A stretch of DNA of 64,000 bases from Mizuhopecten yessoensis. Lineage: Eukaryota. Each line of letters starts with the position of its first letter. The stretch's first letter is position 1. Made by a program: the position numbers and the translations under genes. The notes under the pieces are model-generated. The model saw only the letters and a program-made list of their open reading frames with translations. It ran no database searches and was not told the DNA's origin. The DNA is taken from contig NW_018405595.1 in the NCBI RefSeq assembly GCF_002113885.1, forward strand, positions 1,187,123-1,251,122. Reading direction: 5' to 3'. Positions 23,101-34,568 of this stretch are shown in pieces.

Positions 23101-24268
23101 GATGACGGAGACTATGAGGTGTGGCTTTACCAGCACTCCCCAGACCTTCTCCGATGTCAAATACATTCTCGACACAAAAGCCAAACGAAATATAACGTTT
23201 GGATACGGTTCACCGTTTCACCCGATGTTGAGGCCCCAATAAAGGACTACTACTGCCAGTGCCCAGTTGGAGAGAGAACGATGGGAATGTGTGCGCACAT
23301 CTCCAGTATCTTGTACTACCTTGGGTATTACAGGACGCTGGAAAACCCTCGACCATTACAACCACAGGTAAAGAAATTCCGACAAAACTTGAAATAGTTT
23401 TCCATGCGGCAACGGAGTGCATATGTCGAAAGTATGTTTGGGGCTCGATATGAAAGATCCCCGTTACCATGTGACTAACCAAACTTATAAATATAGGTAT
23501 TATACAATCGCCCGTAGCTATGAACACTCCCGTAAATGCGAAAACCAACCAAAATCATAAGGAACACGTTTTGTTTGTTGTTCTGTCTATTTGTCAGCCA
23601 ATGTCTTCAACCACGGGGACTTGTGAAGTAGCCATCTTGGATTTTTTTTATGAAAAAGTGTTTCTCTCACTTTTTTTCATATCTGTGTACATATTCTCAA
23701 CATACCGAGCAAATACTCTCGTTTTTTTGTTAATTATCTAAAGAAAGTCGAAAATCGGCAATTCAACCATAGGCTAATTCAACCCAACATTTGAAAATGT
23801 TCCACCACTTACATTTTGATGATTTTTCCTCTCATCAATAGCATATTACGTACTGTTTAATAGGATAAAAATTGGTTTGCATCCAACGCCCATAAAAGGG
23901 TGTATTCTCTAAAAAACACAGTTTTTGTGTCTAAAATGTTATCATCGAAAATGGCATTTTTGAGATTGTTTCTTCCATAAAACAGCCAAATGGCGCGATG
24001 GAAACATGATTTTTTGTCACAATCATGCCATGAATGTATTCTTTACGGTGACCATCATTTGATTAGATTTTCATTAATATTTTACATAACATGCACATTT
24101 TATCAACACTTAGACAGCTTCTGAAAGGTACAAATTTGAGGAGCCATAAAAAACAAACCAAGTGACCTAAATCTTTATACTTTATAGATTTGTGACCAGA
24201 ACGGCATGGGCAATGCACCACCAACAGGAAATTTGAATCAGAGAAGGGGCCGTTTTGGAAACCGGCCC
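20196..24268 (+). mobile_element. PHIS-superfamily (PIF/Harbinger-ISL2EU-Spy) DNA transposon, 4073 bp, no TSD
   Basis: Flanks read AAA|GGGC...GCCC|TTT. Imperfect TIR GGGCATGCTTCCA vs GGGCCGGTTTCCA (10/13). Removing it restores the Gypsy frame HVSK|FILLKEK. Confidence 0.85.
21361..23397 (+). CDS. Transposase, 678 aa: N-terminal Zn modules, HTH, Harbinger/ISL2EU-like DDE, C-terminal SWIM finger
   Basis: Intact single-exon ORF. HTH: LLLFWVKLKTDISWSQCSSLFGISKSSVSKTF. DDE: ILDGTY...VVDRGF...RWIVESYHGRLK. SWIM: YCQCPVGERTMGMCAH. Confidence 0.92.
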   Translation: MEGKCVGEGCQVYFKKRSGNKNRSARNVNSPQYKWLLDTLVQQGLMSAKEQALICQKCYMKYLRNKNQPEPEPEQNQEIEEEDDSPSHILPLLTLHDLLNGSSSHKKCCLCLVTFARNGTKSSVLPKRARHHLIYSHKLWCPTSSRVCSIHLIGNDLDPSTEVVLDGRGSLESQLPSKSSEIINDLLEVSHVLSQNQSAFTISFSSLDDSACMAWTGWSKDQFLEIHSHCSPYLSSGIYTKTTHDALLLFWVKLKTDISWSQCSSLFGISKSSVSKTFHSIVQALDTSIVPQFLGPDHLTREQLLGHNTVFSEAFFGDKATAILDGTYIYIQKSSDHKLQRMSYCGQKKRNYLKFMSIALPDGYILDTVGPFTGSENDATITKKVMDKLVTWLQPDDNVVVDRGFRDVLPVLEASGLNASMPSYLKPGQSQHSDVQANLDRTITKSRWIVESYHGRLKHWTFFRTQLVSNSFINVIEALLRTVTACLNGIRGPIYQRSPERDAKDRLMAERMKDRLTTPNGLAQRVKTDPDLSRRARSEFVKMDASSVLFPRLDLDYLRTITCGTYQISLAPGYIAEHLSDDGDYEVWLYQHSPDLLRCQIHSRHKSQTKYNVWIRFTVSPDVEAPIKDYYCQCPVGERTMGMCAHISSILYYLGYYRTLENPRPLQPQVKKFRQNLK

Positions 24269-26741
24269 TTTGGATACATGCTCATCTTAACCCTGTAATG
24301 ACTTGATTTTCTCCTCCCCCCAGGATTCTACCCTGTTACTAAATGAATCATCTGAAGATGAGTCACAGAGTGGATTCACCCCAACAGACGTCGATTCATC
24401 TTCATGTGTGTATTCCAAACCAAACTCAGACTCAGGACCCCCCATTTCCTGTTTACAATCTTGACAATCCGGCCTTTTACATGGTCTGGTAGGGACTCTG
24501 GACAACCCATCTGCATTACCATACAGTTCCCCTGGACGGTGTACATTTCAACAATGCTTAACCATCTTGCCAACATTCCCGCAGGATCACTAAAAAATTT
24601 GAACCAAATCAAGAAAGCATGATCTGTCCTGACAGTAAATTTCTGGCCTAATAAAAAAAGTTTGAAATGCCGTAAAAAAGAGTTCTCTGTGGGTTGTACA
24701 GTAATTCTGTTGAGCTTTGTTTAATGTTTTACTAGCGTACGCTATAATGTGTTCTTCCCCATCCTGTACCTGGGATAGCCCAGCTCCCATACCAGAGTTG
24801 CTTGCATCAGTATCAATAATAAATGGGTTGTTTAAGTCTGGATAACTAAGGATTGGGCTGCATGTGAGTAAATCTTTCAGCTCATTAAAAGACTGCTCGC
24901 AGCATTTTGACCACTTAAAAGTTTTGTTTTTTCTTGTCAACTTTATCAAAGGCGCAGTCACTATAGAAAAATTGGGAATAAAACGTCTGTAATACCCTGC
25001 CATGCCTAAACAACTTTTAATTTCCGAAACATTGGTTGGTGAATGCCAATCCAGCACAGCCTTGACCTTAGCAGGATCACAGCTAATCCCAGCTTCCGAT
25101 ACAACATGTCCTAAGTACGAAACTTGGGTCTGAAATAGTTGACACTTCTTAGGTTTTAATTTTAACCCAGCCTCACGTAAGCACTGAAAACAGTCCTAAG
25201 ATTCTTTAATGCCTGATTGAAATTTTTTCCGAACACTATTACATCATCCAAGTAACAGAGACATTTAGACCAGACAATCCCTCCTTTAAAGACGATGGAC
25301 ATAACCCTTGAGAATGTTGCGGGTGCATTTGTTAAGCCAAAGGGCATAACAGTAAACTGGTAGAGACCCTTATGTGTAGAAAATGCTGTTTTAGCCTTGT
25401 CATCTTCACTCATTCCAACTTGCCAGTACCCGCTAGCCAGATCTAGGGTTGAAAACCACTTCGCCCCATGTAACATATCTAGTGTGTCATCAATAAGTGG
25501 CAGAGGATAAGCGTCCTTTTTGGTCACCGCATTAAGTTGACGGTAGTCTACACAAAAACGAATAGCCCCACATTTCTTGGTCACCAAAACAACTGGAGCA
25601 GACCAAGGTCTATTGCTGGGTTCAATCAACCTACTTTCCAACATTTTATCAAGCTCATCCTCAAGCACTTTTTTCGACGCGCTGGTATTTTTATTGGCTC
25701 TGCCTGACCTGTATCTATATGGTGTTCTCCCAAGTCTGTACGGCCCAACTTCCCATCAGGTCCTGCAAAAATATCCTGATATTCCACAAGTAACTGTCTC
25801 ACTTCTGTTTTTTCATTCTCCCTCAACTGAACTGATAACCCCTCTGATAATGGTTCTAATTCATTACTCTCTATCTCTGCTTCATCAACCTGGTATACAT
25901 GTTCTACACTTTCCACTGTAGCTATGTGGGTGTTCTCCTGTAACTTGACAGGTCGCGATGAAAGGTTAAGGACCGACAAGGTTATTTGTTTACCTTTCCT
26001 CGGTCGAACCAACATCCTTGCCAGTAACAACCCTTCACTACTAAACTTCTCAACAGGTTCCACTATTCCCTCCTCACCCGATATATTGCCATCTATGTAA
26101 CCAGGAAAATAACATTCCGTGTTTTCAGGAATGGAGATTGGTTCACTGACCCGTATCCTAGCACAAGTACTGGCGGTGGCCACTACAGGTTGCAAATCAC
26201 ACCTATATTTGCCTAACCTGAGGACTTTTTCTCCAAAGCTTATCTCCCCTTGATGCTTTGTAAGAAAATCAACACCTATGATTCCTCTTAGTCCCTCCAA
26301 CTTAGCCACCACCACTTCCTGTGCAAAATCTGGATCTCCAATCCTAAAATCACAAATGCACTTCCCGTACACCTTCAAATTGTTACCAGATGCAGTTGTT
26401 AACCTTAAATTGCACCTCTGCAACTGGGGCCTATTCTGTGCTGGCATTTGATCATACACATCTGTGGTAACTAGGGTGACTGTTGAACCTGAATCTATAA
26501 GATATCTTGAGGTAACAATGCATACCGAGGAATCTAAATATAAACTAGGTTGTACTGCATTTAACGTAACTACCGGCCCATCTTTATGAAAAGTATCAGA
26601 TTCTGGGGCTGTACTTTTGGGCCCAAGCCCAGCCGTTAAAAGTTTTCCTGACACTGACGACCTTCCTCTCCCCCATTTGTTTTGGTTTTCGGACAATTGT
26701 AGGACAGCTGTCCCTTTTCTCCACACCCATAGCATGGCCAA
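24269..26741 (-). pseudogene. Gypsy element B: gag zinc-knuckle tail, protease, RT, RNase H (decayed, 5' truncated)
   Basis: Knuckle CYGCGEKGQLSYNC; protease LIDSGS and IIGVDFL; RT PWSAPVVLV, FCVDYRQLN, LDLASGYWQ, MPFGL, YLDD; RNase H DTDAS, IAYASKTL, NYCTTHREL. Domain order PR-RT-RH-INT. Confidence 0.95.
26604..26648 (-). other. Probable -1 ribosomal frameshift signal at the gag-pol junction
   Basis: G_GAA_AAC lies just before the gag stop (QENF*) and pol is in the -1 frame. After a 7-nt spacer comes the stem-loop GGCT-GGGC-TTGG-GCCC-AAAAGTAC-AGCC. Confidence 0.6.
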
Positions 26742-26759
26742 GTATCATCACCCAAGGAC

Positions 26760-26980
26760 AAAATGTTACCGTGGTAAACTTTATTCATTTTCACAACAAT
26801 TATGCTACAAGTTATTTAAATTACATTTATCACTCTTGTGGGCCCGGGTGTTATCGCGTGGGGTTTGGGTGTCTTAATGTGGAAGGAAACTGGAGAACCC
26901 TAAGAAAACCCAGGAATCGAGGAATCGAGCCCCAGTCACCTTGGTGAAAGGCGACTGTTTTATCCACTGCGCCACCTGAA
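26760..26980 (-). mobile_element. tRNA-derived SINE
   Basis: A-box GGTGGCGCAGTGG, B-box-like GGCTCGATTCC and central GGGTTTTCTTAGGGTTCTCCAGTTTCCTTCCAC motif. Flanked by the 11-bp direct repeat CACCCAAGGAC (26749-26759, 26981-26991). Confidence 0.75.
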
Positions 26981-28312
26981 CACCCAAGGACCATTGGTTA
27001 TTCAAAAGTTTAAACATATTTCATCCAAAAAAGGGTATACGGAATGAAATTATTGAATATTGCAACGTTTGATACGCCATATTAGAGCGTTGGGCTTAAA
27101 ATGTTCTAGATACTGTATCTAGTTCAAAGAGTAATTCGGGTGGCCATGTGTTTTATCGACTATATATTCGTTCTTAAGGAAAATTCTTTAATTAATTCAA
27201 TGATAAAAAGGATGTTTCACACTCAAATCATCGAGGAAGTAACTACCTCAATTGGGAATTCCAGGCCGGGATGCACTACTTAATTTAATAATCTGATTTA
27301 AAAAAGGCCAACCTCAAATGTTTCTACATTTACATAAGAATTTACGACATTTTGAGTCAAATTTCTTAAAACAATCTCTTGACCTTTTCTAGAACATGTA
27401 GAAATACTGTCACCGTACGCGTCGTACAGCCGCATCACCTTATCTTTACAGCGTAATAGTAACCAATGAACGTTTCCGGGAGCGTCCTCGACTTCCGGTG
27501 CAGACGAACTACTTAGTATGATTTATTACCCCTGGTCACGATATTTGTTCTACATCCCTGTCCAACTTTACATATTTCGGAAAACACACACATCAAGCAT
27601 CATACTGGTTAGTGCTTTTTCTTTTTTCTCAACAGTCTATTTCTACATAAATTAGAAAAATATAGCGCCATTTTATTTGAATTGGGAAGGTTAGCCTCAT
27701 TTTGATTTAATTTTGGAAAAAGTAAAGTTCGTTTTGCTGGGGAAAGCCAGTTTTCTTTCAGCTGTGAAAAACTGCTGCTGGCTATCAAAATATTTCGACG
27801 AAATGGCAACTACAAAAGAAATGCGCAACGAGTGTGTATTATAACGGTGATATCTGCCGGTTTTAACCTTATTCTGTTAAACAAGGCGTGTGCATACATT
27901 TTATAACCTATTTATTTCCCATTCGGAACATAGAAATCAGTGACTGCATTTATACCATTTGATATGTTCGATTGTCCTATCTTCGAATCTGATTCTATTA
28001 ACCTGTACATATAATTGCTTCTGCATCAATAGACTGGCCCCGTCTCTAAAATATTGGATCATCAGGGGTCCATGCAAAAAATAAACTCTATTATTTTTGA
28101 TCACTTGGATGACTGATCCTAAGTTCTCAAACTAGGGGGAGATAAGCTAGTAGTAAAATGCAGCCAGGATTTTCTTCATGAAAACTTGGGGGCTGGTAGT
28201 CAGTCTACTGCATCAATAAAAACGTACCATATGTTGTGATGATAACCTTGAACTGATGGTAAACCAAATTCTCCAGGGAAAATCTTCGCTAGTGAAAGCA
28301 AACAGTATAGCG

Positions 28313-28406
28313 AAACCTCGTTCCGTAGTCTGCTGAATTGCCGGTGACCAAAATCCTTACGATCGGTCCCAGGTGTCTAGATTAGTTAAGACCAGGAACG
28401 AGGTTT
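28313..28406. mobile_element. Very short MITE
   Basis: 12-bp TIR AAACCTCGTTCC / GGAACGAGGTTT. Confidence 0.5.
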
Positions 28407-30338
28407 TATTTCTCTAGTAAAATAAACGTTGCCTTGACAACTCTGAATGTCACGCTCGTGTATCGTGGGATTTTATTGACCACAAAACTGTTAAAACGGA
28501 ACAAAGGTGACATATTTCAAGAAATAACTTCCAATACACATTGTCGTCTGGTAGACCATCATTCCAAGTTCCATGTTAACAGTTGTATAATCGGATTTCC
28601 TTCATTAAGACTTTCCTTAACAACGCAGGGAAACATAATTACAAAGAATTTACTTTAGCATAATTGATATGTGTACCAAGTGATTGACCAGCAATAAGAA
28701 GAAATTGAGTTTAGCCTTCGTACATTTACCCTAACCATTTTTATTTTTAAATTATCTTCAAATTAAATCGATTGATTGCGTTGCTGCTGTAACTGATGAC
28801 GTTATATAATCTAACACGACTTCCTGTTTGTTTTCGTGACAGTTTCCACGACATCCTTTACAGGAACTGTACGCGTTTTATTTTCTTCAAGAGCAAATTA
28901 AGTGGTAATATATACCGGATTACATTTTTCGTGTTCTTTGCTAACTCGAAAGGTTTAAAAATACAATTTTGTAAAAATAGCAGAAACTGCTGCGGTTAGA
29001 CAATGTTACATTGTATGCAGTTTAACTTTTATCTTTACATACCATATCAACAGAAAATATTTTTGTCAGACAAGTTTATGCAATTTTACTATATATTTTG
29101 TCTTTTAATAATCAAGTTATAGATACAACGGAATCTTGTTATTCGGATGTTGGGAACATTCCTTGAAATTTGAATAAATATACAAATGTTGAAATATGCC
29201 TTTAGTACAAAATGCCGATGATTTTTTTTAATAATACCGCACAAAAATTAAGAATATATGTTCAATAGCCAGTGTTCATTTAGGCAATCAAAAATTTGAA
29301 AAATACCGCGAAAAAAAAAGAATTAATGTATCTGATTGCCACATTGCAGTTTGCGGAAGTGTTCCCTTGATCCCACCATGGACACCATTATTGTTAACCA
29401 CACAGGAGGTGATGATGCACAAGTAATGCTGAGTCACGGTATTTAGTTCGTCAGAATACGATCTTTTCAGTAACACTTATATTAAGCTTAACATTTTTAA
29501 TTAGCTGATGTATTTTTTGGTTTGATAGCGAAACATTTGATAAACTTTGATGGTTGATACCTTAAATTATCATTTTCATCTCCGAAAAAAGAGGATTTTG
29601 GATGTATATATCTTTATTATTTTTTATCTCAGAATGTTCAATGGACATTTCAAAATTCAACTCATGAATTTTATTCTTTTTCTCTTTCCACTTTCGGGTT
29701 TTGCTTTTCCCCAAAATATCTGACAAATTCACAACTTAAAATTGAATACTTTTTGCCAGCTATTGCTTTGTTGCCTTTTCCTAAATGTTTTCATTGTTTT
29801 TGCAAACTTATGTTAAGAAATATGATTTTGAAAACCGTGAAACGTTTCCTTTTGTTTTTTTGCCGGATGCCATTCTCAATCAGGAAATTAACAATATACA
29901 GTTTGTGACACTAAAATTTATGAAAATTTCGTGACTAAACAAAATAAAAGTCTTCTCTTCCGCGATCAGAGTGATTGCGTTCAGACAGTAATTAATTACA
30001 CTGTACAAGTGTGAAAACAATGATGGCGCGAGAAGGAATGTGAAATGATGTTCACAGAAGATAACGAGTAAGGACGATCGTTTGAAAAAATGATTCATTA
30101 TCTTGTCTAACGGCGGGTCTATTGGGAGCGAAGGCCTAAATTTTTACACGTAGGAACAGCTTAATGAACATGATTGATGGTTAGAGTTGACATAAAGAGT
30201 TGACCAACAGATGATGTGTCCAGATAAATTACGGACACCAGATATCAAATACGTCCAAAAGGGGATCAACTAAAAATTAAATATTCAGCTAATGATCTTG
30301 TTCATGATAGATATATTTTCGCGACAAATCAATGAATC

Positions 30339-30577
30339 GAAAGTCGGGTAACTGCGACATGAGTGATCGAAATAACCCGATGGCATGCTGTGATCGAATT
30401 TGCCCGAATCGTGATTTAGACTCATTACCTTTGTTTTAAGCTGTAAATTAAAAGGGGAACACCAAAAATGTTGAATTTTGTGAATTTTGAGACGTTTACG
30501 TGATATGGGATCAAAAACAGTCACGTGACCTTCCAGAACGAGAGGAATATATGAGTGACCGAAGTTACCCGACTTTC
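30339..30577. mobile_element. MITE with 15-bp TIR and internal subterminal repeats
   Basis: GAAAGTCGGGTAACT / AGTTACCCGACTTTC, with repeated TGAYCGAAnTnnCCCGA motifs. No clear TSD. Confidence 0.55.
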
Positions 30578-32849
30578 CTCAAGACTTTTTAAAATGGAAT
30601 GTTTCGAAAATTTAAAGAATTATTTGAAATTATCTACCAAGAAGGAAAAACCCGTGCAGGTGCGGGGAAATAATGGGCCAACCAACTTCATGATAGTGAG
30701 AGTCTACCTATGTGTCTCTATATATGTAACTAGTGTAATCTACGAGTTACCTCCCTTTCTTGTAACCTATACTTGTATGTGTAATGTGTATATTCTCTGA
30801 GTAATTGTAGTCTTTATGTTCGTTACAGAGTGTAGTTATTTTAACTTGCGTCGAGAAAATTAAGAACTTATGGAAAATATATCAACGACTTGGTGACATG
30901 TGAAAACGGGTTTCATTAAGCTGCCTGATTCGTCGTTTTTGCAAAATAACGATGTCGATCACTTGAAAATGTCATGAAATTGTCGAAGAATAAAGCTCGT
31001 TCCATTTTAAGATTTTAAAATGAAACACGAGTAAGATAACACTGATAAACAGCTCTCACTTATTGTAGAAACTCCATTTGATTATATACTTTCCTCAATC
31101 AATGATACCTGGATATTTACATAAAACAACTGCTTCAAGCGTTTCATTGGTCCTGATTTTAGTTTTCGAAATATCAATAACGGAGATTATATTCGTAAAT
31201 ATTTCCACTTAGGACATCAGAATAAACAAAAAGATTACATAGAAAATATCCCTCTCGGAAATAATATGTGTAGATGACAATAGGTATTTGCCGGGAGCAT
31301 CTCTAAAACATACCAAGAGTTTTAAAACTAATCATGTTATGGCAGATAGATTGGACACGTGATCACTCTTACACATAGTCTCCAAAACAACTCGCACGTC
31401 AACATCACAGTTCCCTCCCCCGGGAATCCTCCTTCTCTGGGATGACAAATGAACACGTGTCTTCTCCGATAATTTCGTACATGTTTTTCTCGGCTCAACT
31501 AACAGAGCACGCCGTGTAATCGTCGTTCTTAGTATTAAAATGGGTTCAAGTGAGTGCGATACTGTATATTGATCAGAGTCTCGGGTGCTCTTGTTTCAGA
31601 CCGACTGTTGACACCTCGCTAGAGATCTGTAATCTATTATACATAGCACAGAAGAGACGGACCTGTTTCCAATCTACAAGGCTATAGTTCTCAGCTTCTG
31701 TATGTTGCTGGACATGCCCGTCTCTACGACACATACACACATTACGTGAAGCAAGATATGAATACTAAATTAGCATATCTTTTGATATGGTAGACGTATG
31801 CATCCTCATATTTTACCATGTAATGGAAAATTGGTATCTTATAAGGTCTAAGAGCCAAATAAACAAAAAATATCAACGTGAGAACATTTTTAAATCAATA
31901 TTTTTTTTTTTTATAAAAGTAATGATTAATTTATGGAAGCAACGTTTTGTCAGCTTCTGTCGGCCATAATTTCTTGACCTTTTCAACCCTTATGTAAAGC
32001 TTTGATTCCCAGGAGTCCCCGTATCGATGAAAGAATTTAAATTCACTTAAATGTGTAATGGAGAACCATGACAAAAGTCCATAATTGTGGGTTATGGATT
32101 TAACAAATGCTTCAGGCATAGTTGGGAGGAGCATCTAATTAAAAAAACAAAAAAAACAAAACAAAAAAAACATGCGCCATGGTATAACGGATATGAGTTA
32201 TAGGGTTTATGTCTGAAAAAGACACTGCATTGGCTTTCAAATATAAATCAATAAGTTCATGTATCACATAATGTATATAAGAATTGAATACTAACTAGAT
32301 TGTAAGCGATGGAGCACGCAAGTCTGACATTAGTTTCGAAAACGTGATGTATGCACACAGTCTGAAACTGATCAAACTGCAGGTGGTCTGTGATTTGGTT
32401 GTGAAGCACAAACAGGATTTGCAAAGAAATATATCACATACAGTATGTCCATATCAAGTTTATGATAATGAATTTCGCGTCAGCTTCTTAAAGCATAGAC
32501 TTAAAAAAGTTGTGCACTATACATGAAATTCATAAACATTGCACAACTTCTTTATTCGTATTGAACAATGTTTCATCAAGTGGTTTATGCAGGAAAAAAT
32601 GCCGTATAACCCCAAAATAATAATGTGTGTTCCTAATAGTTGAATTTAGAAAGACGGACAACATTTTTTAGCTCATAGTTGATAAATCTTTAATAATTTC
32701 TGATAAAAATAAAACACCAGTAGAATCTTGCACAATACACAACATTACGCTGTAACGTCATCGTCGAGCTTACCGCACCAAACAAGTATGCCATAGGTGA
32801 AGGAATAACCAAAGTTAAATAAGAACAAGGTTAAAGAAATCAATGCGAT

Positions 32850-33041
32850 CTATTCCGTCTTTGCGTATTGCAGAGTTATCTTCTCTTGGGAGCAGGTATT
32901 GATTGTTACGTCATTGGTCTGTGTGAGAAAATAACGTCGTTTTCTCAAAAATTGATGACGTTATTCTCACAAACAAGTGACGTAACAATCAATACCTGCT
33001 CCCAAGAGAAGATAACTCTGCAATACGCAAAGACGGAATTG
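32850..33041. mobile_element. 192-bp palindromic (foldback) MITE, copy 1
   Basis: Arms TTCCGTCTTTGCGTATTGCAGAG...GTTACGTCA of about 60 bp in near-perfect inversion. A second copy lies at 56889-57080. Confidence 0.85.
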
Positions 33042-33081
33042 GTGTTTGCAAACTTCAGTATCTTTTAATTACACGAATGCC

Positions 33082-33315
33082 GGGTCCGTATTCATGAAAC
33101 CGTTTTCATGCTAAGGCTTAGGCTGTGGTCAAGCTAATATACTTGTAACTCGTTTATGACACGTACAAATAGTCAAGTCTAGAACTGACATTGATATTAG
33201 GATATAAGTCTTGACAAAATAGGAATATTTTTTTATTTAATCACTGGAAGAAGAAACTGGGTTTGAGTACGGAATCTCAGTTTGAGCATGAGAACGGTTT
33301 CATGAACATGGCCCC
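33082..33315. mobile_element. MITE with 31-bp TIR (Harbinger-like GGG..CC termini)
   Basis: GGGTCCGTATTCATGAAACCGTTTTCATGCT matches the reverse complement of the right end at 27/31. Confidence 0.7.
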
Positions 33316-33760
33316 TGGTCTATTTAGTGATATTTCACTTCCGGTAAGATGGATAACGATTTCGATTTGATAATTTCTCTGATGTAAAAAAGAACACGTT
33401 TTTGTACATGTATGTGCGCCTCTGGCCGCAGACACACTGCCTCGTTCGTATTCTTGCTGGATGTTACTTCCTTTGGGAGTAATCGTGTACATGTATATAT
33501 ATTTGAACCAAATGCATTGTATCTAAAAGGTCAAGCTACTTGTAACTGTCTCAATGGCTATATCAGAAGATAATTGGTGAGCTGAAGGTTTGCAGACATC
33601 TAGTTAAAAAAAGAGGACTTCTATGGATTTGTTTTGTTTTACTTTCAATGATCAATATCAAGGTGTGAGGAGAATTGTCGTGCTGTACTTGTATAACCTT
33701 TACTGTATTTTCTAATGAGCGGGTCCCAAGGTTATACCGCATCGCTGGATTCACCACCCC

Positions 33761-33806
33761 NNNNNNNNNNNNNNNNNNNNNNNNNNNNNNNNNNNNNNNN
33801 NNNNNN
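33761..33806. other. Assembly gap (46 N)
   Basis: Run of N flanked by C tracts. Confidence 1.
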
Positions 33807-34317
33807 CCCCCCATCCCCCCTCCCCCATATCACCACTCTCCGAGAGGTCTCGTCCCAAGACTTGGCCTGGGGAATCCCGTGTGTCCTCCCTGTGAACCAA
33901 TGCACCTTCCCTAACCACCGGTAACTGGCCATGGCCGTACATTATCACACAGAATCCCACTGCTGACACCAAATTCATTGTGCGGGCGAGTGATTACTAT
34001 TACTTGAAACAACTTATTTCATAATTGTTGTAAAATAAATAAGGTTTATATGCAGCGGTTTCAAAAAGTGTTGCCTTTACATCGAATAGGTATACAGTTA
34101 CATAAAACTAGAAAGCAAACATAACATAAAACTAGGAAACAAACATTACAAAAAAATGTTGTGAAACATGCTTTCTTCTCAATTCCTGAAACACGTTCAG
34201 TATTCAGATAAATCAGATTTCTTTTTTAAAAAGGAAATGTTCTGAAAAAAAAGTTTTTTAAGGGACATAACTCTCTATATACATCTTTTATGGTCCGATA
34301 TCAATGTTCGTACGTTG

Positions 34318-34568
34318 TCATGAAACCATTATGATGCTCGAACTCAAATTCTGTGCTCAAACATTGTTTCTTGTTCCAGTGATAGAGAAATCCATATTTC
34401 GTCACTGATTTGAAAGAATTCTAGAGAGAATTAAAGCTGATTACCAATTTCAGTATCTAGACTTCACGTATTAACCTTGTCACATGATTTAAGAAAGTTA
34501 TAAGAAGGTTTGTTTGAGCACAGAATCCATCCTTGATCATGATAACAGTTTCATGAATACTGGCCCAG
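34318..34568. mobile_element. Related MITE, left TIR partly lost
   Basis: TCATGAAAC...ATTCTGTGCTCAAAC is inverted against GTTTGAGCACAGAAT...GTTTCATGAATACTGGCCC. Confidence 0.55.

Noticed and set aside
23398-23560. Second gene or PHD-like exon after the 678-aa ORF (CGNGVHMSKVCLGL)
   Set aside because: The Cys/His pattern is incomplete, there is no start, and the only nearby splice pair would give an intron of about 30 nt.
26900-26985. tRNA gene
   Set aside because: Only the A/B-box head of a SINE, with no complete cloverleaf, followed by SINE body and flanked by a TSD.
32868-33068. Near-identical short ORFs here and at 56904..57134
   Set aside because: They are incidental translations of the palindromic MITE.
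33563-33978. ORFs spanning the first N gap
   Set aside because: They are open only because of Ns.
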